From assembly GCA_000092065.1 (NCBI GenBank), contig CP000594.1: a stretch of 64,000 nucleotides of DNA. One strand, written 5' to 3'. Source of the stretch: Ostreococcus lucimarinus (lineage: Eukaryota). The position numbers and the translations under genes were made by a program. Of this stretch, positions 9,753 through 19,692 are shown in pieces. The notes beneath the pieces were generated by a model, which did not search any database, was not told the origin of the DNA, and saw only the letters and a list, made by a program, of their open reading frames with translations. Numbering within the stretch: the stretch's first letter is position 1; the number at the start of each line of letters is the position of its first letter.

Positions 9753-10479
9753 ATGGCGACCGAACGCACGTACATCATGATCAAGTGCGTGTGCGAAACG
9801 CGACGCGCGCGAGGCGCGATCGTGAACGATCGACGCGCGCGAGACGTCGTGCTTCTCGCGCGGCGACGCGACGCGACGCGACGCGACGCGACGGCGCGAT
9901 CGAACGACGACGGATGATTGGACGGATGGTTGGATCCATCGGACCGCGCGAAACCCATTCGGCATCGAATCGATGACGAAAGTGCTTCACACGACTGAAC
10001 CGCGCGCGCGCACGCGGTACAAAGACTGACGGATCACGCGCGTGCGCTCGCGGTGCAGGCCGGATGGCGTCCAACGCGGGTTGGTCGCGGAAATCATCGC
10101 GCGCTTCGCTCGCAAAGGGTTCACCTTGCGGGCGTTGAAGATGCAAAACGTGAGCAAGGAACACGCGGAGAAGCACTACGCGGATTTGAGCTCTAAACCG
10201 TTCTTCGGTGGGTTGGTTTCTTACATGTGCTCCGGTCCGGTCGTCGCCATGGTGTGGGAAGGCAAGGACGTCGTGAAGACGGGCCGAAAGATTATCGGCG
10301 CCACCAACCCGGCGGCGAGCGAACCGGGTACGATTCGCGGCGATTTCTGCATCGAAGTCGGTCGTAACGTCATCCACGGCTCCGATGCCGTTGAAAGCGC
10401 GAACCACGAAATCGCTCTTTGGTTCCCGGAGGGCGTGTGCGAGTACGAATCTTGCGCCAAGGCGTGGATCTACGAATAA
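9753..10479 (+). CDS. NDK: Nucleoside diphosphate kinase; two exons, join(9753..9784,10059..10479)
   Basis: Exon 1 encodes [11 protein letters not shown]. The intron runs 9785..10058 (274 nt) with donor GTGCGT, branch CTGAC and acceptor TGCAG. Exon 2 continues [21 protein letters not shown]...[20 protein letters not shown], giving a canonical 150-aa NDK. Confidence 0.85.
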
Positions 10480-10702
10480 ATGTAGACGCTCGACTCGCGC
10501 GTCGTCGAGGCGAACGTCGGGTCCGACCGCCGCGTGAAGACGACGCCATGCGATTAATACTAAATCATCCAAATAACAAATCGTGGTCGTACCGTCGTCC
10601 TCGTCCTCGTCACAACTTTGTTTGTGTCTCGCTCGTCACGCTCGTCTCTGCGCGCTCCGCGCGCGTCCGCACTTCGCGCCGCCGCGGGCGCGTCGTCCGT
10701 CG

Positions 10703-12301
10703 ATGGACGCCCCTAAACCGATCGCCGCGACGACGCACACCGTCGACGATGAGACCGTCACGCTCGCGCAGCGTCGCCAGGCGCAGAGTTCGTTCCTCGC
10801 GCGCGTCGCCGGCGGTGTGTTAGTCCTCACCGTGTTGGTTGGGTGGCGGTTGATGATTGGCCTCAACACGCTCGCCATCGATCCTCGGACGATGAAGATG
10901 CGGCAGGACTTTGCGGGGTTGGTGAACGCGCGAGACCTCGCGCGCGAGCGCGCGTCATCGTCGTCTACGCAGGCGATGCGCGCGACGAAACGTCTCGCCG
11001 AGAACGCGAGCGCGAGCGCGGCGACCGCGCCGACGAAGAACGCACCGACGAAGAACGCCGCCGAGCCCGGCGACTTCTCGTCGTCGTTGCGTCGACTGCA
11101 AGGCATGGAGGAGGACTTGGACTTCATCGGGCGCGCCGGCGTGCCAGACGCAGGACGAAAAAATCCGTGTTGGACGACTGGCGACTCGACGCCGCCGATG
11201 TGTTTGCCGTACTTTTACATCCTCGGCGCGTGGCAGAGCGGGACTGAGGAATTAGGCTCAAGACTTCTCGCGGGCGCGCCCACGGTCGGCGTCGTGCGCG
11301 CGCCGCATTTTTGGAACGAACACACGAAGACGCTCGAAAATTACGCAAATACTTTCGCGAGCGTCGCGACGATGGAGAGAAACGTCGTCGCGGGCGACGC
11401 CTCGCCCGGATACCTCGCGACGTCGTGGAGCGAATCCATACGGTTTCATCGAGCGTACTTGGATCACATGCGAGATTGTTGGGCGGAGTGTCAAACTAAG
11501 AGCTCAAAGTTTGAAGACGACGAGAGCGCGAAGGACACGGCGGATGAAGACGCGGCGCGACGAGGGACGTCGCGCGCGTCGCCGCGTAGAAGATGCATCG
11601 ACGGCGTGGAAGGGGATCCCAAAGCGCCGGGATGCGTAGGAGAGGCGAACGCAAAGGATCCTTACGACGAGAGCGGCGGGCACGGGCTATCGCTTCCGCA
11701 TCTGATGTCAACGGTGTACGGTTCGTCACCGCCGCGTTTCGTCGTTATCGTACGCGAACCGGGCGCGCGCCTGCATTCGGCGTTTTGGCATTACGAACAT
11801 TACAAGAAACAATATGGTGCCAACGAAGACGGTTTCGCGGCGTACGCGGAACAGATGATGACGATGTTTCAAAAGTGTCTCGACCGAGGCAATCCGTTGA
11901 GAGGATGCGCGAATCGTTTTGAGACGTATTCACCCGAGTTCGAAGCCGTGTTTTACCACGCCGACGCGCTGATCAAATCCATGTACGACGTCTTCCTCGA
12001 AACGTGGCTCGATGTTTTCCCGCGCGAGTCCTTCCTCGTCGTCAAGGGCGAAGATTTATGGAGCGACGACGTCAACACGTCAACAGCGGCGATGCGTCGC
12101 GTGCTGAAGCACTTGGACCTCGACGCGAGCGACGAAACCGCGCGACGTCTCGCGACGATGAACGCGACGTCGAACGACTGGCGATTCGCGCGAGACGATC
12201 CCGAACGCGTCATGCGCGACGACATTCGCACGAAACTGGACGCGTTTTTCGCCCCACGGCTCCAGCGATTGGCGACTCTCGTCGGCGAAGACCTCTATTG
12301 A
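10703..12301 (+). CDS. Type II membrane sulfotransferase-like protein
   Basis: N-terminal transmembrane anchor (GGVLVLTVLVGWRLMIGL). The C-terminal sulfotransferase-like region is RFVVIVREPGARLHSAFWHYEHY...FLVVKGEDLWSD. The first ATG is MDAPKP at 10703. Confidence 0.5.
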   Translation: MDAPKPIAATTHTVDDETVTLAQRRQAQSSFLARVAGGVLVLTVLVGWRLMIGLNTLAIDPRTMKMRQDFAGLVNARDLARERASSSSTQAMRATKRLAENASASAATAPTKNAPTKNAAEPGDFSSSLRRLQGMEEDLDFIGRAGVPDAGRKNPCWTTGDSTPPMCLPYFYILGAWQSGTEELGSRLLAGAPTVGVVRAPHFWNEHTKTLENYANTFASVATMERNVVAGDASPGYLATSWSESIRFHRAYLDHMRDCWAECQTKSSKFEDDESAKDTADEDAARRGTSRASPRRRCIDGVEGDPKAPGCVGEANAKDPYDESGGHGLSLPHLMSTVYGSSPPRFVVIVREPGARLHSAFWHYEHYKKQYGANEDGFAAYAEQMMTMFQKCLDRGNPLRGCANRFETYSPEFEAVFYHADALIKSMYDVFLETWLDVFPRESFLVVKGEDLWSDDVNTSTAAMRRVLKHLDLDASDETARRLATMNATSNDWRFARDDPERVMRDDIRTKLDAFFAPRLQRLATLVGEDLY

Positions 12302-12658
12302 GAACATTGATTTGTATTGTACAACACCCGCGCGCGCTTCGCTCGCCTCGCCTCGCCTCACCGCGTCGGCGTCACCACACCGATCGCTCGCTCCACCCGT
12401 CGTCCTCTCGCCGTCGTCGTTCGCTCGCTCCAAAACGCGCCGTCGCGCTCCGGCGCCCCCACGTTCGCCGCGCTCGTCTCGCCGTCGCTCATCGCCCACG
12501 CGCTCGCGCTCGCCCCGATCACCAGCGCGCACACCGCCAAAACGCTCGCGCACCGCGCGAACCTTTCCATCGCGCGTCTTCCCGCGCGTTCGCGCGTCTT
12601 CTCGATCCCCATCGCGTCGTCGTCGTCGCCGACGTCCCACGCCGCGTCGCACGTCCAT

Positions 12659-12696
<38 letters not shown>

Positions 12697-13311
12697 GCGC
12701 TCGCGGTCGCGCGTCGTCGCGGGCTTCGATCGCGTCAGCATCGTCGCGCGCCGCGCGATGCCGCGTCTCGGACGACGACCGACGACGCGTCGTTCGCCCG
12801 CTCGACGCGCGCGCGACGACCCGACGACGGACGACGGCGAAAAAGACGAACGGCGGCACGGCGGAACGGCGGAACGGACGGATGGAAACACGGACCCCTG
12901 GGGTTTAGTGAGGGTGGTGATTCGACGACGTCGCCCCCGCCGGCGCGTCACTCCGCGCGTGCGATCGACGACGACGATGCGGCGATGGCGCGAGGCGACG
13001 ACGACGCTCGAACGCGTCGCGTCCGCGTCGGCGCGATGCGCGGCGACGGCGTCGACCTCGCGGGCGACGATCGCGGCGACGACGCGGGCGGCGAGCGCGG
13101 CGACGACGCGGGCGACGGCGACGCGGGCGGCGAGGAGCGTCGAGACGACGACGGTGGCGACGCGAGCGATTGCGGGACGCGCGACGAGGGACGCTGCGCG
13201 CGGCGGCGGCGACGCGCGGACGACGAGGTCGAAGGCGCTGGGCGGCGGCGGCGGCGGCGGCGCTGGGCGGCGCGGCGTTATTCCACGGGCTGGGCGCGGT
13301 GTTTAGAACGA
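12302..13311. repeat. About 1 kb GC-rich low-complexity tract of triplet microsatellites, (GTC)n and (GGC)n among others
   Basis: (GTC)12 near 12661-12700 and (GGC)7 near 13240-13262. All six frames are open but encode only R/A/S/D-rich junk. It lies between the sulfotransferase stop and the first ATG of the ABC1-kinase frame. Confidence 0.6.
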
Positions 13312-15150
13312 ATGCGCGCGAACGACGGCGTCGTCGCGGACGCGGACGCGGCGAACGAACTCGCCGTCGTGGACGCGGCGAGCGAACGCAAGTCGTGGGC
13401 GCACGCGGCGAAGACGTGGGCGCGCGCGGCGCAGTTGTGCGTCGTCTTCTCGCCGCTCGCGCTCTTGGCGCCGATTTTACTTCGCGACGGATGGACGTGG
13501 GGGAATGAGCTCTGGTACGGGCTCTTGCGTCGAATTCTCGAAGCGTCGGGACCGGCTTTCATCAAGTGGGGTCAGTGGGCGAGCACGAGATACGACGTCT
13601 TCCCGGCGGCTTTGTGCCGCGAGCTCGAGCGCTTGCAGGCGGGCGCGCCCGAGCATAGCTGGAAAGAGACGAAGGCAATTTTAGAACGCTCGTACGGCGT
13701 CGGAGCCGACGGTAAGCTGAACAAGTTTGAGGAGATCTTCGAGTGGTTCGATGAGAAAGTGCTCGCGAGCGGGTCGGTGGCGCAAATTCACCGCGCTCGG
13801 CTCAAGCCGGGCGTCGCAGAGGAGCATCTCACCGCCACCGAATTCGCGTTGCGACTGACGCGTTCGGTCGGAGCCGGGATTGAACTCGTGATGAGTGGAC
13901 AGATTTCTCGAGCAGCGATGGGTATGCTCGAGGAATGGCGAGACGGCGCCGCGGGCATGGGTCGAGAAGTCGAGCGGCTCGTCAACGGGCGCATTCGTCG
14001 CGGCGGGCAAAAACGCGAAGTCGCCGTCAAGGTTCGACACCCGGGCGTGGTTGACGCGCTGACGCGTGATTTCGAAATACTGGTGTGGATGGCCGGTCTT
14101 TCAAAAAGCATCAAATGGCTCGAGCCTTTGCAACTCGAAAATACGATTCAACAGTTCGGCGTGCACATGCTTCAGCAAGTCGATTTCAGGCACGAGGCGG
14201 ACAACTTGGACAAGTTTCGAAAGAGCTTTTTACTCATGCCGGCGATTAGTTTCCCTACGCCGATCCCAGGGTTAGCGACGGAGGAGATTTTGGTGGAGAC
14301 GTACGAGGAGGGCGTGAGCATTGCCTCTTATTTGCTCTCCCCCGAAGCAGACAAGGAGATGCTCGGAAGCGAGCAAAACAAAACGCTCGCAGGTTTGGGA
14401 GTGAAAACGTTGTTCAAGATGCTCATCGATGACAACTTTTTGCACGCAGACTTACACCCGGGTAATATTCTCGTTCGGTTACCTAACGGCGTCGCGCACA
14501 CGCTTTCGAGCATCGTGCGCGGAAACGCGTCGACGTCCTTGAAGGATCTCGCCGACGTCGACGGCGAGTCGACGTCGACGCTCTCCGACGCGTCGCCAGA
14601 AATCATCATTTTAGACACTGGTTTGGCGACGCGGCTGACGCCGTTTCATCAAGCATCGCTCGCGAAGATGTTTCACGCCATCGTTACGTGGGATGGGTCC
14701 ACGGTCGCCGACTCCATCTTGTCTTTTGCCGACAACGTCAAGGCGAATGTCGATTACACGGATTTCCGAGCCGACATCGCGAAAGCGGTGGACCAATTTT
14801 CGTCTACCACGCCGCGTGCTGGCGAGTGTATGGGGGCGATATTTGAAACCGTGCAAAAGTACCATTTGTGTTTAGATCCCAACGTGATGATCGCGGTCGT
14901 GACCGTGATGGTGCTGGAGGGCTGGCAGTGGCGGTTGGACCCGACGGTGAACATTCTCGACTACCTCGACGACGTGCTGAAGGCGAGCGCGCGCAAGTAC
15001 GCGAGACTGGCAATCGCGGATTATGCGCTCAGAGATATGTGGTCACCTTTTAGCGAACCGAACGCGTTCTCCGCGACGGCAGCGGACCCGATGGCGGCTT
15101 TAAAAGCTCAAGGCGACGACTACGTCGGCGCCGCGGTGTACGGAATGTAG
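13312..15150 (+). CDS. ABC1/ADCK (UbiB) family atypical kinase
   Basis: ABC1 motifs GPAFIKWGQWASTR, EVAVKVRHPGV and FLHADLHPGNILV. 13312 is the first in-frame ATG downstream of the low-complexity tract, but the frame is open back to 12004, so the true start is uncertain. Confidence 0.65.
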   Translation: MRANDGVVADADAANELAVVDAASERKSWAHAAKTWARAAQLCVVFSPLALLAPILLRDGWTWGNELWYGLLRRILEASGPAFIKWGQWASTRYDVFPAALCRELERLQAGAPEHSWKETKAILERSYGVGADGKLNKFEEIFEWFDEKVLASGSVAQIHRARLKPGVAEEHLTATEFALRLTRSVGAGIELVMSGQISRAAMGMLEEWRDGAAGMGREVERLVNGRIRRGGQKREVAVKVRHPGVVDALTRDFEILVWMAGLSKSIKWLEPLQLENTIQQFGVHMLQQVDFRHEADNLDKFRKSFLLMPAISFPTPIPGLATEEILVETYEEGVSIASYLLSPEADKEMLGSEQNKTLAGLGVKTLFKMLIDDNFLHADLHPGNILVRLPNGVAHTLSSIVRGNASTSLKDLADVDGESTSTLSDASPEIIILDTGLATRLTPFHQASLAKMFHAIVTWDGSTVADSILSFADNVKANVDYTDFRADIAKAVDQFSSTTPRAGECMGAIFETVQKYHLCLDPNVMIAVVTVMVLEGWQWRLDPTVNILDYLDDVLKASARKYARLAIADYALRDMWSPFSEPNAFSATAADPMAALKAQGDDYVGAAVYGM

Positions 15151-15160
15151 TTTTGTAGCA

Positions 15161-15628
15161 TCAATTTCTATTCTTCGAATCTAGGACTATAGTCACCGGC
15201 CCATCGTTAACGATGTGCACGTCCATCATCGCCCCGAACTCGCCGTCTTCAATCTTGCCAACCTTGTCTTTGTACTCTGAACGCGCTCGAGTCAAAAATC
15301 TTTCATACAGCTCCCGCGCCGCCGTTGGCGCCATAGCGCGGTGATAACTAGGCTTGTTCCCTTTCAACTCCGCGTGTAAGGTGAACTGCGATATGAACAA
15401 AACATCTCCCTCGATCGCCACGATAGAGCGCGCCCAGGACTTGTCGCCGTCGACATCATCAAAAAGTTTTGTGTTGAAGACTTTTCGCACGATGAACTCC
15501 ACGTCGTCATCGTCGTCATCGGCCGCGATTCCCACCAGCACGACGGCCCCGCGCGCTATGTCTCGTGTAACTCCGCTCGCGCGCACTCTCACCGATCCGC
15601 TCGCGCAGCGTTGGATCACCGCACGCAT
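15161..15628 (-). CDS. DTD: D-aminoacyl-tRNA deacylase
   Basis: MRAVIQRCASGSVRV...SQFTLHA...GNKPSYHRAMAPTAARELYERF, a typical DTD of about 155 aa. The stop lies 11 bp from the ABC1 stop, so the 3' ends converge. Confidence 0.85.
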   Translation of the reverse strand: MRAVIQRCASGSVRVRASGVTRDIARGAVVLVGIAADDDDDDVEFIVRKVFNTKLFDDVDGDKSWARSIVAIEGDVLFISQFTLHAELKGNKPSYHRAMAPTAARELYERFLTRARSEYKDKVGKIEDGEFGAMMDVHIVNDGPVTIVLDSKNRN

Positions 15629-16179
15629 ACTCGTCGCGAAGTAGTGCACTGTGAAGTGTTCTTATGCGCGCTGGAGCGTGCGAAACGTGCGACGATACGG
15701 CGAGCGTGCGGAACGCGACGATACGGCGAGCGTGTGGCGTGATCACCATCACCGCGCGCCGTCGCCGAGTGCGCGGCGATGCGCGTCGTCCCGGAGACGC
15801 CCGACGCGGACACTTGAGACTAGGCGCACACACGGATCATTTCGCAATCTTGGTCCGTGTGTCGTAGGACTCGCCGCGCGTCTCGACCCTCTCCAGACGC
15901 GACCGCACCGTCTTTTCCCGACGCAAAGGTACGCGAGCGACGACGACGACGACGCGCGCGCGCGACGACGACGTCCAAGACTTTGCTGGCGATCGGTATA
16001 GACGTCGTCAGAGCGCTCGACGGGCGCGCATCGCGCGCTCGAGGGCGCGCGATCGCGCGAGATCGCGCACAAACCCTCCAGCGCGACCGCGCGCGCGCGT
16101 CGATGGAGTCTCGCGAACGCGACACTGACCTCGAGCGGGTTCGTTTGACGCGCGCAGGGTTAGAACACCTTAATTAGAC

Positions 16180-16629
16180 ATGGCGAAGCGCACTAAGAAA
16201 GTTGGTGCGTCCTCGCGCGAGACGTGACGCGGCGAACGCGGATGCCGCGTGTTTAGGGCTTGCGACGATGACGCTCGCGCGAGCGTCGCCCGCGCGCGAC
16301 TCGATCGCGATCGTCGTTCGCGGTGCGCGTGTGACGCAAATCACTGACAGAAATGTTTTCTTTCGTCAATCGCAGGCATCGTGGGCAAGTACGGCACGCG
16401 TTACGGCGCCTCCCTCCGTAAGGTCGTGAAGAAGCAAGAGGTTTCTCAACACTCGAAGTTCTTCTGCGACTTCTGCGGTAAGTACGGCATGAAGCGTAAG
16501 GCTGTCGGCATCTGGAGCTGCAAGGGGTGCAACAAGACCAAGGCGGGTGGTGCTTACAGCCTCAACACCGGCGGTTCGGTGACTGTGCGCTCCACCATTC
16601 GTCGTTTGAGAGAGGCGACTGAAAAGTAA
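16180..16629 (+). CDS. RPL37A: 60S ribosomal protein L37a (eL43); two exons, join(16180..16204,16376..16629)
   Basis: Exon 1 encodes MAKRTKKV plus G(1/3). The intron runs 16205..16375 (171 nt; GTGCGT, CACTGACAG branch, poly-T, CGCAG). Exon 2 encodes [35 protein letters not shown]...C-x2-C zinc ribbon, giving 92 aa. Confidence 0.9.
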
Positions 16630-16926
16630 TGGGCGTTTGGGGCGTCGCGCGCGGCGACGCGGGGGCGTGTGAACACGCGCCTCGCGCGTCTCGCGCGCAC
16701 GTTTCGCGCTCTCGAAACGCGCGCGTTTGACTACGCGGGTTTCTCATAGCTAGTTCGGTTTGTAATGCGAGCGGCGGTTCGTTTTCAACGCGGCGTTCCT
16801 CGCGCGCGGCGCGTCCTCCCCGCGCCTACCGCGGGCTGGGATTGAACGGACGTTGACCCGGTCGAATAGGGGTTCCTAAGCTTCACTATTACTAAGCGCT
16901 ATGCATTCTAGTAGGTTCTGCGCATC

Positions 16927-18579
16927 TCACCGTCGCTCGCGCGGTGTGGACACGTGCGCGAGCGAGATTTTCGCAAACGCCGCGCTCGTAGCGACGTCTT
17001 CCATCTCGACCCGGCGCGCCTCGGCGAGCTTATACGCGCCCTGCAGGATTCTTTTGATACCCAGACGCCACGTGATGGCGAGCTTCAAGTTTTCGCTTCC
17101 GTCTTTCCACCCAAGGAGTGTTTCCTCGTCACTTTTTGCCGTCGTCGGAAAGCTCAACAGCCGCGCGGCGGCGGCGTCTCGAATCGCGGCGAACGCTTCG
17201 CGCTCGGCATCGCGACCGAGCGCACCACCTCTGCGCGCGACGTCTCGCATTTCTTTTTCGTTCATTCTCACGGACGAACGCTTTTTCGCGAACGCGATGC
17301 GCGCGTCGGCTAAATCGTCCCAATCGAAGCCGCCGACGAAGACTTTCAGGGACGTCGTGGTCTCGGCGCCGTCCACGGGGACGTCCAGGGCGTAGTAATC
17401 TTGAGGGTTCTCGTTCGGTCCGAGCGTGAATCCGTAAAACTCGAGAAGTTCCAGGTTGGTGTACTCGCCGTAGCACACGAAAATTTCCTCATCCGCGGCT
17501 ATCGACCGACGGCCGTCGGGCTGGCGCGCGGCGCGAAACGCAAACGTTTTCGATTCTTCGTCCCACGCCCCGTCTCCCGGTATCGGGTCCGTCGCGACCT
17601 CTCTTGACGACGCCGACGTCGTGTTTCCTTCGTTCACGCCGAACGCCGGCGCGCCGAGGACGTCGATCAAGATGGGCGGATCGTGCGGCGCGTAGTTGAA
17701 CATGTCGCCCATCGGACACAACGCGCCCGCCTCGTGAAACGGCACGGAGACCGCGCGCGAACTCACGGTCGCGCGCGCCCACTCGTATAACGCGAACGCC
17801 TCTCGCTCGTCTTCGCCGACGATGTCCACGACCTCTTTCTTCACGTCCTCGAACGCCTTCCGCAACGCCTCGCTCGCGCGCTTCGCCGTCGTCTCGGCGC
17901 GCGCGTCCTGCAGCGCCGCTCGCTCCTCCTCCGACCACGTTTGCAGCAGATTATACCGCGCGGGCATCGACGCGACGTACGGCGCGAACGCATCGCTCGC
18001 TCCCGCGCATCGGTGTCGCAGCAATTTCAACGCCAGCTCGTCCGTCGGCTTCATCTTTACCCTCGCGTCCTCGCTCGCGTCTCGCGCGTCGCACGCGATC
18101 ATCGCGTCGCGCGGCGCGACGATCAAGTTTTTCGTCTCCCGCGTCGCGCCGTCGATCGTTTCGCGCGCGAACACGCCTCTCCGCGTCGTCGTCCCCGTCG
18201 TCGCGCGCGCCGTCGTCTCGCGCACGCGCAGCGCGTCGTCGTTCCACGACACCCCTCGCGCGCGCGCCCATCGCGCGAGCGCCGCCGTCGCGTCGTCCGT
18301 CGTCGTCGTCGTCGTCGGTCGCGCCGTCGCGTCGGTCGCGTCGCCGAGTCGGCCGGTCGCTCGGTCGTCGGCGTCGACGTCTGGTTCGCCGACGGCGCGC
18401 GCGATTCGAACTTTTTCGCGACGCGCCAATCCATCCGACGCGGCGCCGTCCAGGGTGCGATTGGATTTGAAATCGTCGCTCGCGACGCGACGCACGTCGA
18501 CGCGAGTCCGCGGTGACGCGCGCGCGCGCGGTGATCGCGCGCGCGCGATTCGGTGCGCGCGCGCGTCCCGGACCGCCAT
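16927..18579 (-). CDS. SET-domain protein-lysine methyltransferase, Rubisco-LSMT/SETD3-like, probably plastid-targeted
   Basis: SET region TTRRGVFARETIDGATRE...LIVAPRDAMI...HEAGALCPMGDMFNYAPHD. The LSMT-like substrate-binding signature is EEIFVCYGEYTNLELLEFYGF. The start is taken at MAVRDARAH (18579). Confidence 0.7.
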   Translation of the reverse strand: MAVRDARAHRIARARSPRARASPRTRVDVRRVASDDFKSNRTLDGAASDGLARREKVRIARAVGEPDVDADDRATGRLGDATDATARPTTTTTTDDATAALARWARARGVSWNDDALRVRETTARATTGTTTRRGVFARETIDGATRETKNLIVAPRDAMIACDARDASEDARVKMKPTDELALKLLRHRCAGASDAFAPYVASMPARYNLLQTWSEEERAALQDARAETTAKRASEALRKAFEDVKKEVVDIVGEDEREAFALYEWARATVSSRAVSVPFHEAGALCPMGDMFNYAPHDPPILIDVLGAPAFGVNEGNTTSASSREVATDPIPGDGAWDEESKTFAFRAARQPDGRRSIAADEEIFVCYGEYTNLELLEFYGFTLGPNENPQDYYALDVPVDGAETTTSLKVFVGGFDWDDLADARIAFAKKRSSVRMNEKEMRDVARRGGALGRDAEREAFAAIRDAAAARLLSFPTTAKSDEETLLGWKDGSENLKLAITWRLGIKRILQGAYKLAEARRVEMEDVATSAAFAKISLAHVSTPRERR

Positions 18580-19645
18580 GGCGCGCGCGTCCGTCGCGCC
18601 GGCGCGAGGCGACGTCGCCGCGCGTCGCCGAAGCGCGCGACGCGCGGCTCGAGGACGCGTCGGTGCGTCGCGTCGCGTCGCGCGCGACGCGACGCGCGAT
18701 GCGACGTACGCGAGCGGGCTGGCGACGCTGGAATCGTGCGTCGAGGCGGAGCAGTTCGATCGAGCGATGATGGAGGAGCTCTTCGACGTGGCGGACGCGA
18801 TGGAGCGCGTGCGACCGGGCGCGCCGGAGTCGACGATGCTGCAGGGATACCTGATGAGCACGCTGTTTTATGAACCGTCCACGCGCACGCGATTGTCGTT
18901 CGAGGCGGCGATGGGACGACTGGGCGGCGGCATCGTCAGCACGGAGAGCGCGGGGGAGTACTCGAGCGCGGCGAAGGGGGAGACGCTCGAGGACACGATG
19001 CGAACGGTGGAGGGATACGCGGACATCGTCGTTCTGAGACATTTCACCGCGGGGTCGGCGCGCCGAGCGGCGAACGCGATCGGGAAACCACTCATCAACG
19101 CAGGCGACGGACCGGGTCAGCACCCGACGCAAGCTTTGCTCGACGTGTACACGATTCGCAAAGAAATCGGCAGGTTGGACGACTTTAAAATCGCCCTCGT
19201 CGGCGATTTGGCCAACGGGCGCACGGTGCGCTCGCTCGCCAGCGCGTTGACGCAATTCAACAACGTCAAGTTTTACTTCGTGGCCCCGGATGTGGTGAAG
19301 ATGAAGGACGACATAAAGGACTTGTTGACGAGCAAAGGTATCGAGTGGGAGGAGGCGACCGACTTGGCCGCCGTGGCGGCGGATGTGGACGTTTTGTACC
19401 AAACGCGAATTCAAAAAGAACGATTCGCGAACCCGGAAGATTACGCCAAAGCGAGCGGAAAATACATCGTCGACCGCACCATCATGGACGCTTTGCCGAA
19501 ATCGTCCGTCGTCATGCACCCCTTACCTCGCGTCGACGAAATCGTCGTCGACGTCGACGACGATCCGCGCGCCGGATATTTCCGTCAAGCTCAGAACGGT
19601 CTCTTCATTCGCATGGCGCTCTTGAAAGTGTTGCTGCGCGTGTAA
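18578..19645 (+). CDS. PYRB: Aspartate carbamoyltransferase catalytic chain with N-terminal presequence
   Basis: LFYEPSTRTRLSFE, HPTQALLD and HPLPRV motifs. The first ATG is MARASVAP (18578), giving about 60 aa before the catalytic domain. A TGTAA overlaps the stop. Confidence 0.85.
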   Translation: MARASVAPARGDVAARRRSARRAARGRVGASRRVARDATRDATYASGLATLESCVEAEQFDRAMMEELFDVADAMERVRPGAPESTMLQGYLMSTLFYEPSTRTRLSFEAAMGRLGGGIVSTESAGEYSSAAKGETLEDTMRTVEGYADIVVLRHFTAGSARRAANAIGKPLINAGDGPGQHPTQALLDVYTIRKEIGRLDDFKIALVGDLANGRTVRSLASALTQFNNVKFYFVAPDVVKMKDDIKDLLTSKGIEWEEATDLAAVAADVDVLYQTRIQKERFANPEDYAKASGKYIVDRTIMDALPKSSVVMHPLPRVDEIVVDVDDDPRAGYFRQAQNGLFIRMALLKVLLRV

Positions 19646-19692
19646 TACTCGCGTTATCGCAACTACGTTTCCTACTATTGTCCTGACATCTT

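Noticed and set aside
16830-16910. tRNA-like T-loop motif (gggattgaac) in the convergent region between RPL37a and the SET gene
   Set aside because: I could not fold a 7-bp acceptor stem, D-arm or anticodon arm around it by eye. It is most likely chance similarity in 3' UTR sequence.
17951-19519. 522-aa minus-strand ORF overlapping the aspartate carbamoyltransferase gene, and many similar 100-400 aa ORFs (for example 7881-8891, 12080-12859, 20681-21628, 22808-24055, 30342-31568, 41572-42471, 45640-46572, 46604-47338)
   Set aside because: All are R/A/P/G-rich with no domain signal. They overlap confidently identified genes on the other strand or in another frame, and they start at GTG/TTG/CTG. 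These are stop-codon-poor artefacts of 65-70% GC.
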